Of a stretch of 64,000 bases of DNA, positions 1-12,943 are shown one piece after another. Positions within the stretch are counted from its first letter, which is position 1. Every line of letters begins with the position of its first letter. The translations under genes were made by a program, and so were the position numbers. The notes below the pieces were generated by a model. It was not told the DNA's origin, ran no database searches, and saw only the letters and a program-made list of their open reading frames with translations. Origin of the DNA: Protoeuglena noctilucae (taxonomy: Eukaryota); assembly GCA_958009085.1 (NCBI GenBank), contig OY253674.1, forward strand, positions 496,001 to 560,000, in the 5' to 3' direction.

Positions 1-815
1 CTTCCGCGCCACGTCGTTCATCGTCTGCAGCGCCGGCGGCTCCGTAACACCGCTCCCTGCGCGGGAAGGCACGAGCGCCGCTTGACGGGGCTACGGGAGC
101 TCCTCCAGACTTTCATCTCTGCAAAACACCGTCACTGCGTCCTCACCCGAGCACGGCGTCGCGGCCCCGACTTGGTTGCTGAGCTGGATCATAGCACAGC
201 AGGGGCAGAACATTAACGCGAGGATGTCGATGCATGTGTTTCCCGCGATGCCGTACTTGGCGCGCGTCTTGGCCCGCATGCGGATGACGTAGCAGCAAGT
301 CGTCATGGAGCACGCGCTCAGGCAGCAAGGCACGAGCTGGGTAGAGCAGGTCGTCCCATCAATCTTGGCGAACGTGTGAAGCCCCTGCACGATGTTGACG
401 TACGGCAAGGACCACGCCAAGCAGATGCCGATGTCCGCGCAGCACCAGAACAGGCTGTGCTTCCACGCGCCCCCTGCGATAAGGGGCGGGGGCGGGCAGC
501 GCTAACCTATCGCCACCTTTGAACGGCGATGAAAGCTTATCGAAGCCACCTTGCGACGCATCAGGAACAGCGATCGCGCTAAAATGATGTATATCACGCG
601 CTGAGAGTAACATCAAGCCGCTGGTCGCTCCGCGTGAAACGCGAGGGGTGAGATTCAGTTCAGCGCACAGGGCTGCCCCGCCCGCAGCGCCAGGCACCTG
701 TGGTGGTATGACACGGCTCCCGGCAGCACCCACGGCAGTTCTCGACCCAGACGTCGACGCCGCGGCTGGCGTCGAACGGCGTCTCGCAGAGATATTTGCT
801 GCACGAAGGCGCCAT
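1..815 (-). CDS. PLAC8-family cysteine-rich protein, 3' end runs off the window
   Basis: Exon 815-698 (MAPSCSKYLC...CRGCCREPCHTTT) joins in phase to exon 473-~145: GAWKHSLFWCCADIGIC...RAKTRAKYGIAGNTCIDILALMFCPCCAMIQ, which fits the PLAC8 pattern WxxxLFxCC...RxKYGIxG...CxxCAxxQ. A further exon (GSGVTEPPALQTM...) reaches position 1. Confidence 0.85.
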
Positions 816-930
816 GGCTGTTTATGCAACTCGACGGGGCGGTGGCCCTTTCTTAGCCTCCGTTTCCCCTGAGAGGTTCAAGAAACAGACATCTGGTCCG
901 CTACAACGGATCCATGGCTAAAAAGGAGGT

Positions 931-970
931 GAAAGGGGGGGTAAAAGGGGGGTAAGGGGGGGGTAAAGGG
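931..970 (+). repeat. G-rich tandem repeat (A2-4 G6-8 T)n with G-quadruplex pattern
   Basis: gaaagggggggtaaaaggggggtaaggggggggtaaaggg: four G runs separated by short T/A loops. Confidence 0.7.
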
Positions 971-1092
971 TCAGGTAGGCCCCACCCTGCTCTGTCGGAA
1001 CCAAACGTGCGCCAGCACGCTTGAGTCATGCCATGAAACTCATCTGGTAAACCGATGGAACGGAGGAGCGCAGTCAGTCTAGCTACTACATG

Positions 1093-4000
1093 CTACATAC
1101 AAGGCGTGGGCGTGGCCTGCTGCTCCTGGCTGCGCGCCACGCTCGTCTTGAGGATCTCTTCGCAGTTGGACTTGAAAAGAGCCTCTCGGTCCACCGCAGC
1201 CTTGATCTGGCGGGCCCGCTCGTCCTCCGACAGCTGCGCATTGCCCTGCAGGAGGCGGCGTGCTGTGTTGGTCAACTCAACAGCAACGGCTTATTGACAG
1301 AGACACCCGCTCCCCGGGCCTTTGCATTCCGCCCGCCTCGCCTTGATGTACGCGAGGAGGTCCTGGGACCACATGGAGTAGGTGCGCCGGAGGTTGCTGA
1401 CCAGCGTCACCATCTCGGGGGTGACTTTGAGCATCGTGCGCAGCAGGGGCTGCAGGATGGCCTCCATGAATGACATCTGCGGGGAAGCGACGCGTCTCAA
1501 AGGGATCTGGGGATGAACGTCGGGCTCTGTGCCAGCGCCTGACAATCGCTCGCTCGGCCAGCTGCCACGGGCGCTAAGCAGTACAGCGAGCAGACCCTGC
1601 CCATCGCGAGCGACAGGGTGCGTTCGACCCCCGGCTTTTTCTGCAACTGACCTGGGAGTCCGGCACGACCACCCGGGTCTTGTCGCACATGGCTGTGACG
1701 GTGAGTCCCATTTCGGACTCCTGGTCGCCCTGGCGGAAGAACTCCGTCATCACCCTCTGCGACCACAATCACCGACACATCGCAAATATGACAGGTGATA
1801 CACGCTCGGTCACAAGTCTCCGCAACGCTGAGGGCGATCGGGCCGACGGCGATGCCGCAGCTGCAGCTACGCGCTAGCAGCCCTCGCCTCGCCCCAGAGT
1901 CGCGCCACGTCGGGGGGCTTCATCTGCGCGCCCACGTCGGCGATGTGGAGCTGCGGGACAGGAAAGGCGCGGAGTTGAGACATCGAGCAGGGACGTGCTC
2001 ATTGGGAAGAAAAAAGCTCCCCGGCTTAGTCTGACGAGACAACCCTGCGGCGGCCGTAAGCGCCACTCGCCAGGGAGGAGAGGAGGAGGAACTTGTTGTC
2101 CACGTCCTGCATCGACCTCCACAGCGCCGTGCCGCGGCCGCCTGCGGACGGGAGAGAGAGTGGGACCGTCCAGTCCCGTCACACCCGCACTTGGCAGTAC
2201 GGGGAGCCATCAGCGCCCCGCCACTCCACGGGCGGTCGCTGAGCCGGCGAGAGCATCGCCGCTGCGCTCACTCGGGATTCCCGGCGGAGGCTCGAGCTCT
2301 CCGTGCTGCTGCGCGGCCACCGTGTCCGCACATGCCGCGTCCTCTCCATCGGACCCCGACATCTCCCCCAGGGCATCCCCGCCGGGCTCGGCCTCCCGCT
2401 CGACCTGAGATTCGATCTCCTCCACCAGGAGCGTGAGGTCGCCCACCAGGTCGAAGTGCTGGGCCATGTCTGCGGGGGTGAGCAGACGCGGGGCGATGTT
2501 TGCAACTTGGCGCCTTGCCCGGCGTGGGCGTGGGCGAGCGAGCCCCGAGGCCTGCGCAAGAGAGCGCCGCGTCGGAATGGGACTCACCGGTCGAGAGCAC
2601 CGCCTCGATGATGAGCTTGCGGCAGTAGAGCTGCTGTGTCTTGGACAGGCTCGCAAACACGTTGCACTGGGGCTTCTTCATGATGAGCTTGTAGAATACG
2701 GCGAGGTGCATGTTCTCCTGGATGGCAGAGTCGTTGTACGTGATGGCCAGGTCGTGGTTGCTCTCCTTCAGGAAGGTGTTGGACACGCCCTTGTGACTGC
2801 GAACACAGGCAGGACAAACACTATGGTGACCTCATCTTATCTCATTTACTCTGGCAGATGTGCAACCTCATCTCATCTACTCCCCCCTGTGCATGGCAAC
2901 GCTCCGCGCCCGCAGCCGCAACGCCACCCCGTCGCACCCAGCCCCGCGCCACGCTCACCCCACGTCATGCGTCATGGCGGCGACCATGATGGCGAACTTG
3001 TCCAGTGGCTCAAGGATGCGGCCGAGGGTCGTCTGGGTCAGGTAGATGTACAGGCTGTGTGTGACGTCCACGGCATGGGTCCAGTTGTGGTACGGGTTGT
3101 CGGCCGCGTAGAGCTGGCTTAACTTCCCCACGAGCTCCCACAGGGGCTCCACGGCCACGATCCCCGAGTCGAAGAGGCCCAGGTCGTGGAACATGGCCAT
3201 CACGTGCAGGCGCAGGGCGGCGGGGTCTGCCTCGAGCGCGATCGGGTCCCACTCGTACCTCCGCAGCCGTGCAAAGTCAACCTCGTGGATAGAGTGCAGG
3301 GCGCGGGGCACGCTCTGCGTGCCGGAGTTGGACGGGCGCCCTCGCGCTGGCGGGGTGAAGCTGAAGGGCTGCGGGGAGGTCCCCAGGTTGAAGGAGGCCT
3401 GCGCCTGGAGGCCGCCGCTGCCCGTCTGCGGCTGCATAGCCATCGAGAGGAACTTGGACCGAGGGGTGCCGAGCTCCGAGACGAATGGGAGCATCTCCGG
3501 GGCGTACGCGTCGACCCACGCCTGGTACGTCTGGCTTTGGACCATGGAGGGCTGGCTGCCGAGCGAGATGGCCGAGGGGCGCTGGGCCGTGTAGCTGCCC
3601 ATGTGGACGTTGCGCCCGCGCACGAGGCGGTGGAGCGTCGAGACGAGGCGAGACATGGTGAACTCGATCCCGGGGGACTCGCCGTTGGGGGGCACGAAGC
3701 CGTCGGACCCAGACGAGGAGGGAAGCGGCTCCGAGGGGGTCGCGGTGTGCTGGGACGACGGGGAAGGGATGCCGTTGCCCTGGGAGGCCATGCGCTGGCG
3801 GAACGCGGCCACGGACGTGCCGGCCGACGGGGGCCCGGCGGAGCCCCCCGGCTGCGAGGCGGGGCGGGCGATGCCCGGCTCGGGCCCCGCGGTCGACGCG
3901 GGCATCGAATCGGAGACGCGGGCGAGGACGCGGCCCTTGGCAACGTAGCGGTTGACTGGGGAGGTGCCGGTGACGCCGCCCGCCCCGACGTCGTTGAAGC

Positions 4001-7000
4001 GCGCGGCCCCGAAGGGCGCGAAGGCGGGGGCGGGGTCAACCTCGCTGACGGGCCCGAGCCCCATCATGCTGGAGTGGGAGAGCATGGAGAGGCGGATGGA
4101 CCGGTTGCTCGAGTGGTGCGAGTGCTGGAGCACGCCGCCCTCGTCGGCCGCGACCCACGCCAGGCGCTCCACGAGCGTCGATGCCATCTGCACCTTGCGC
4201 TGCAGGTCGAGGTACCGCTCCTGGAGGATGCCGCGCAGGATGCTCCACGCGGCCCACAGGGAGAGCACCACGAGGGCCGCCCCGGAGGCCTTGAGGAGCA
4301 GCTGGCCGAGGGCGTCGCGCGCCGCGCCCATGCCGACCGCCGCGTGGCCTGGGACGACGAAGACGGCCGTGGCGAGGTGCATGCCGGCCATGACGCCGAC
4401 CTCGACGAGGAGGAGCGCGAGGATGACGCGGCTCGCGAGGCGCTTGGGGTGCAGGCGGTCCTGCAGCTCGGGGTCCCGCATGAGGCGAAGGTCGAACATG
4501 CGCCTGGCGATGGGCGTGCAGTGGAGGGCCGTCAGGGTGCCCAGGGCGTGCAGCAGGCGCGCGCACGACGGCAGGAACCCCGCAGGGATGGCCAGGCTCC
4601 GGGCGCTGCACACGCCCACTGCGCGGCAGGAAAGGAGGCATCGGGTAGCTGCAGCGCTTGGCGGGAGCACGTCAGCAAGCCCCTTGCACGCGCGGGCGGA
4701 TAACATGCACATGGGCCGGAGCGGGCGGCAGCGCGACTCACCGCAGAAGCGGGGGTTGGGGTCCCATTCGGCACGATACCACGTCCCCAACGCCAGGCAC
4801 AGTAACCCCGTGAACGCCACTATGTCGGCGTGCATCATGGTTGGGGTGGCGTAGAGGCGCTCCGCGGACCACTTGAACGCCTGGCCGCTGACGGACCACA
4901 GGCTGAGGACGGTGTCCGCCAGCCAGAAGACGACGAGGGCCGCGATGACCGCTAGGCCCCCCATGGCGGCGCCACGGGTGCCCACGAGGCGGTGCCCAGA
5001 GACGTACATCATGTCCGGCACGACCACGGCGGCGACCGTGAGGACGACGTGCGCTTTGAGCCACCCTCCCAGCCGCACGTGGTGGGCGCTCCGCGTGAGG
5101 GCGCTCCACACCACGTCCCCCACCCTCTCGATGGCCGCATTGGACCAGGACGCCAGCCAGGCCACGACACGCGAGTGCGACTGGTCCGTGCTGGCCCTCA
5201 GCGGCTCCTGCGGGCCAGGGACGCGCTCACGTCATAGGTAGGAAGACCTCGCTGGGCGAAGACACGTCAGCCAGCGCATCCGCGCCCGGCGCTTGCATGT
5301 TGTACACAAAGCTGCGTCAGATGCGTCGTGACATCTCACCTGTTCCTCGTCGCCGTCTTCGCTCTCGCTCTTGTTCCCGCACGGGGACAGCGTAGACTGC
5401 TGCGAGGCCCCACGGTGCCCGCCCCCGCCTGCGCCTGCCTCTGGCGTCTGTGGCGCATCGCCATCCCCCATGGGCTGGTCTGCATATGATGAGGTGACGA
5501 CATGTCATGAGATGACCGCCGGACGACGCAACGCACGCCAGGGTCGCACATCGCCCAAGCACCAAGCGTCCATGCATTTGTGGTGCCATGCGGCAACAGG
5601 GAGGCGTCGCCCAAGGCAAAAGCGCGAGCGTCTCACCGGACACGAGCCCTGACGTCAGCAGCCCGAGCGGCCCGAGGCTCGACCGGTGCACCACGATGTT
5701 CTTCTGGGACGGGCTGCGGGAGTCGCCCCGCCCCATCGAGAAGAGCGCGCTGCCCGGCCTGCTCCCCGACTCGCTCGTCGTCTTGGTCGAGTCCGGGACG
5801 CCCACGGACTCCACCTCGAGGTCCGTCGAGCTCAGGCGGGACCGGCCTTGCGTCTGCGAGTGCGCCTCGCTGATGCGTCCTGTGCTGAGGGGCGCCGTGC
5901 GCAGCGTGGCGCTCTTGATCGATACTGCGGGGGGCGGTCAGCACGGGAAAGTCTGAGCGGACTGCCAGCTATGCAGCATTGGCTTGGCTCCTGGGTCGCA
6001 TGTTGTCGAGACGCATGCGTGGGGCGGGGCACTCGAGTGAAGCGGCCAGTAGCAAGACTGCGGGGAAGAGGGATGCAGCGGGAGGCCGAGGGCACTTGAG
6101 TGGGGCAGGGCTGCTCACTTGTGTGACGCAGCGCGGCGCGCGAGCTGGGCCTGCTGGGCGAGTCCTCATCCGAATGATTGGTGGTGCGCAGCAGCGAGCT
6201 GAGCCCCGAGTTGCTCCGGAGCGGGGGCGGGCCCTCCTCCCCGGTCCCCTCGGCACCTGCAGGGCACAAGAGAGACGGCCGATACAGCCAAAACCACGAT
6301 CTGACACTCCGCGGCCACACAGATCGTCACGGTCTCTGGCAGTGGCTCCCTTGCTCCCAAGCCCTGCCTCAGCTGAGCATGCCGAGTCACGCACCGGCCC
6401 CCGCGTCCCCGTCCCTCACCTCGGGAGGCTAGGTCATGCACAGGTCCCTCGGGCGACTCCTGGTCCCCCCGCCCACCCTCACGCCCCTCCTTCCGCCCCC
6501 GCTGCACGAATCCCCCAAATCCCGTGGCCTCTTCCGACACATGCGCCTCCGCGTGCGTGAAGAGGCCGCTGTCACGAGAGACAGCGCTGCTCGCACGGGC
6601 CGAACTTAACTGCCGCACCAAGCTGGGAGGCTCTCCGGCAGAGTCCTGGCGATCCGCGGCGCCCGCCCCGACGCTCGATTGGCCGGAGAAGGTCGCTCGG
6701 CGCGAAGCGTCGGTCGATGCGATGGGCACGATGCGCAGTCGGCTCCCAAGCGTGGCATCGGCCGTGGCTGCGGCACGCTGCGAGCAGCAACGCGGGCGGC
6801 GTCTCGTGAGCGGGACGCGCGAGGAGCGGCCGGTGCCGGATTCCCGGCGCGGAGTGGCAGCAACGTGCCTGGTCCTCTGCCGGAACGTCCCTGACCCAGC
6901 CTGGCCGCGCGGGGGGGGTCGCAACGCGCCCCATTTCCCCGCTGCTCTGCGCCTCCGCGACGGGGGCGGGTTGGCTCGCCGTCGGGGTCCCGCTGTTGCT

Positions 7001-7207
7001 CATGTTCGGGGATAAGACACGCGGACTCGCGCCCAGGTCCATCGACCCGCTGCTGATGAGCGCGGCCGTCAGCAGCGAGCGGCCCGACTCGGAATGGACG
7101 GAGCCCTCGTTCCGCGACCCCTTGGAACCTCGGTCCGTCCGCGCCGCCGCCAAGGCGGCAGCTTCGAACTGGAAGTGAGACCCGCCGTGCAACGAACCAC
7201 CCGACAT
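1093..7207 (-). CDS. Class I 3',5'-cyclic nucleotide phosphodiesterase with N-terminal disordered region and multi-pass membrane segment (multi-exon, 5' end uncertain)
   Basis: Catalytic motifs across exons: NPYHNWTHAVDVTH, AAMTHDVG|HKGVSNTFL, YNDSAIQENMH, TDMAQH, LHIADVGAQMKP, EFFRQGDQE, DSQ|MSF. Hydrophobic helices at ~4230-5060. Ser/Gly-rich exons at 5340-7207 appear to splice onto it, but that linkage is inferred. Confidence 0.9.
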
Positions 7208-7905
7208 CCTCTCCCCCTGCCGAAACTCCCGGCCCGGCGTCCTCCTTCTGGCCCGGGATGCCGTCGCAGATGCGCGCACTACCGCCAATGACCTGAGACA
7301 GCGGGACGGGCGGGTGGCGTCGGCGCGGGGCAGGGCAACAACATGGAGCCGACTGCCCTCGACCCTTCCCCGCTGTATGGGCCTGGAGATGGGCCCCACC
7401 GAGCGTGCGTGCATTCGTGGCAACGACTGCAACCACAACGCATGGGGCGTTGTGGAGTTCGGCGGGAGCGTGCGCTTGCCCAGTCGAGAGCCAAGAGCAC
7501 GCCCCCGGTTGCGTGTTCCGCGAAGCGCAAGAGCGCCGCCTTCGGCCCGCTGCTAGCTCGCGACTCGAGCAACTGCAAGCGCATGCGGCGAAGCCAACCG
7601 GGCTACGCAGACCGCGGGGTACCAGATTTCAGGGCGGCATGCCCATCACGCTTCTTGAGGACCGGGACAAACCAGGCGACGCAACCTCGCCTTTTGCCAC
7701 GGTTATAATTTTCGTCTCATGCTTGCGGCTTCCCCATCCTCCTGGCCCCCTGTTGCTTTTACTCCGGAGAGGGCGCCACGTCGACCGTCCAGAGGTGCGC
7801 TCTTGCACCCCAGCAGGCAATTGAGCCAATTTTCTCCGTCGGGACGGAGCCGCGGTGCAGGATGGTCGATCCGCCGGACCGTCTGCCCAGCCAGAAACTG
7901 GCTAG

Positions 7906-10091
<2,186 letters not shown>

Positions 10092-10303
10092 GGGCGTGGG
10101 AGCCAATACATGCTGCGCACCTGCCAGCCAGATTGTGTTTTTGGCTGGAACATCATATGTCACTTCGCAAACTCCTTTGGCATGCCCTCTGCTTCCACTG
10201 CGCGTTGAAGATACTAAACGAAACAGCTGTGCATTGTTGGCGAAGTGGCGAAAGCGGCCGAGTTTGATCGCGGCAATATCGATTATTCGCCTCTCGCTCC
10301 TCC

Positions 10304-12335
10304 ATGCTCGTCCATGGCACCGGTTCCTTGAGCCGACGACGTGTGGCGGTCCAAGAGCTGCTCGATGCGAGCGAGGCGAGGCGTAGGGATGCACTTCTGA
10401 GGCGTTTCACACCGTATTTCAGGGGACCAGCGCCGTATCGATGCAACATTATCGCGTGCGTGCGCAGGAGGGTTCGCAAGCGTTCCTACGAGCCTCGGAG
10501 CCCATCGACGGAGTGCTCAGCCAGGGCCGACGAGTCGTGTACGTAGGTGTGCGCTCCTGCGCCGCGAACCGCAGGTTTTTCGACGCGTCGCATCCAGTAT
10601 GAAAGGCCATACTCTGACTCTTCCTTTCACGCAGGGCAACGAGAGGCTGCGGTCGTCTGCGCTGCTGCGGAGCAGGCACCCGTAGTGCTGGTGGGTGAAG
10701 TGCTTGTGTAGATGTGCCTCTGGGCCAAAGAGAATGCATGAACTGTCAACTGACGACGTGCAAATGTACACCCGCAGGTATCGGATGCAGCTACCACGTG
10801 CGCTGTCGTCTGCCTGGTCTCCAAGGCGAGCCCCGTCGACACTTGCGCAGAGGTGGCCTTGGTGCAGAGCGACCTGCTGCCCTCACACAGTCGACCCCAC
10901 CTCTCCTGGTACGCAGGCAGCCGGCGTTGCGGCCATGGCGCATCTCGACCGCCCGGACTGTGCGGAGGAGGCGATGGTGGTGCTGATGCGGGCGATGGGC
11001 ACACACGCAGCCGCGATGGGCGGGAGCGCAGCCAGCGGGGTATCCGCTCCGGGCAGCCCATCGGCGCCCGTCCTGCTCCCCGACCTGAGGCTCCTCGTGT
11101 GCGGGGCACACCAGGCGGGCAGCCCTGACTGCCGTGAAATGGTGACGGGCGTGGTCATGGGGTTCGCGGCATGTCTCGCCGAGCTCGACCAGCTCCACGG
11201 CCCGCATGCGGAGCGCGACCCCACGTGGTGGATGCGATGTGACGCCGGTGCTCTTGCGGCCGCCCTGCGACCAGCTGTGGAGCTCCTGTGCGTGTTGAGG
11301 GCGAATGAGGGCCCAGACGGCCGGCCACGGTCCTACGGTTTGGCTCTGGATCTGCAGACGGGTGCTGCATGGTGCGTTCGGGGTTATGAGTGCCAGGGAT
11401 GTGGTTTCCAAAGTGGCTCTTTTCATGATGGCAGCTATGGACCTGCCGTATCCATGCTTGCAGCCCGCCACCCCGGAAATGCAACCTCCTCCCCCGAGGG
11501 CCTTGGATTCTGGACCGACATGCGGCTTTGTGGATGTCTCTCCTGGGTCTCGAGTCGGAGCCTGAATCGCCAAATGTAAGTCCATGGAGCGTGCCACGTT
11601 TTCACAGTCCTCAATCACTCTCGTGTTCCTCACTAGAACAGGTCATCATTGCCCGTGTCGCTACTCATTCGCAGACTATCGTGCCAGGACTGCTGCTAGT
11701 GTATCAATCATCCCAAGGGTACCTACCACCGCCCCACGTGACCGGCCCATACCCGCCCAAGCTCGTGCGCATGGCATCCCAGCTGATGGAAATGGACGCA
11801 CACGAGATCCTCCTCTGCAGCTCGACGTCGCCCGAGCATGAGCCCGAGGCGAGTGTGTGGGGGGCTGGCTGGAGACACTGTGGTGGCAGACCCAGGAGCG
11901 AGAGGCCGAGCCGGAGATGGGGTGAGAGAGAAGCGAGGGATGGCTGATGTCATCCATCGATTGCAGGGCTACGTAGACGACGTGCGGGCGTGCATGCGGC
12001 ACATCCTGCGGCGCTCGGAGGCCGGCCACGGGGCTGACGGCCTGGCGCGACGGAGCAGCGGGGCCGAGGCTGCGGCCGACGATGCTGCGATGGACGGCGT
12101 GGGGGAGACGGGGTCGCGAGAACCCTGGGGCGGCCGAAGCACCTCTCACCGCGACATTCCCGACAGCAGCTGGACCGATGGCCGGTACCAGGGCGTGGCG
12201 GGGCAACTACTGGCGGCGTCGTTCACCTCCGCTGCGCCCGTGACCATGACAGCGCGGTTAGAGTCGCCGCGACAGTCGATTGGGCCAGGGGAGTCGTCTC
12301 ACGAGGCGCCACTCTCGCGTTCGGTGTCAAGGTGA
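10304..12335 (+). CDS. NTAN1: Protein N-terminal asparagine amidohydrolase (Arg/N-degron pathway)
   Basis: Spliced motifs VVYVGQRE, VSDAATTCAVVCL, AHLD, SYGLALDLQTG, ILLCSSTSPEHEPE|GYVDDVR are colinear with animal NTAN1 as I recall it (YVQQRE, GSDDATTC, THCD, YGIAVN, STSPLAEPPHFVEHIR). 3' end uncertain (possible donor at ~12332). Confidence 0.85.
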
Positions 12336-12943
12336 GAGACGGCGCTGAGTTGCGAGGGGTCCTGCGCTGTAGATGGCGTGGCGAGTGCATTTCAGCACAG
12401 CGCTTGTGAGGTTGTGGCATTGCAAGCGCAGGACGGCGGAAGTCAGCAGGCACGACAGCAACACGCCATCGATGATGGGACCGGCCGTGATGGACAGCTG
12501 CCAATCCGAGGGGGCAGCAGGCATGAGGTACGTGCCAGGCGGGCGGGCGCGGGACGAGGAACAGCGGTCAGCGATGCACTGCCACTGCACATATGGCCCG
12601 GCCGTCCCTCATCGCAGGGGCGCTTCGGGGAGGGGGCAGTGGGACGGAGTGGCACCCCTGGCGGCGCCTTTTGGGTGCCAAAGCCCCGTTTCTGGAGGGA
12701 TGGATGTGGACTGATGCCTCTAGCTGTAGACGCATAGCATGCGCGGACCCCATGCAACACGTGGGACAACTGCGGGCTCTCAAAACGCGAGACTTCAACG
12801 CGAGCATCATTTAGAGAGCACGAGGCGGGGCGACAGTTAGGACGGCGAGCGACAGCAACGTCATGGGCTAAGGCAGTCAGGTCTAGGCTAAACCACCCGA
12901 TCCGATCCGACAACGCGTGCGCGACCCGCACGGTCAGCGTAGC

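Noticed and set aside
931..970. Interstitial telomere
   Set aside because: The unit (TAAAGGG-like with long G runs) does not match TTTAGGG, TTAGGG or TTTTAGGG on either strand.
1291..1341. Apparent early stop or pseudogenisation of the PDE, and similar apparent breaks in other genes
   Set aside because: Resolved by GC-AG introns that restore the frame; no real frameshift found.
3186..4703. Long antisense/off-frame ORFs (e.g. 3186-4703, 24610-26607, 29590-31122, 44605-46344, 56904-58454)
   Set aside because: They overlap well-supported genes, are Arg/Ala/Pro-rich with no motifs, and are expected from stop-codon scarcity at high GC.
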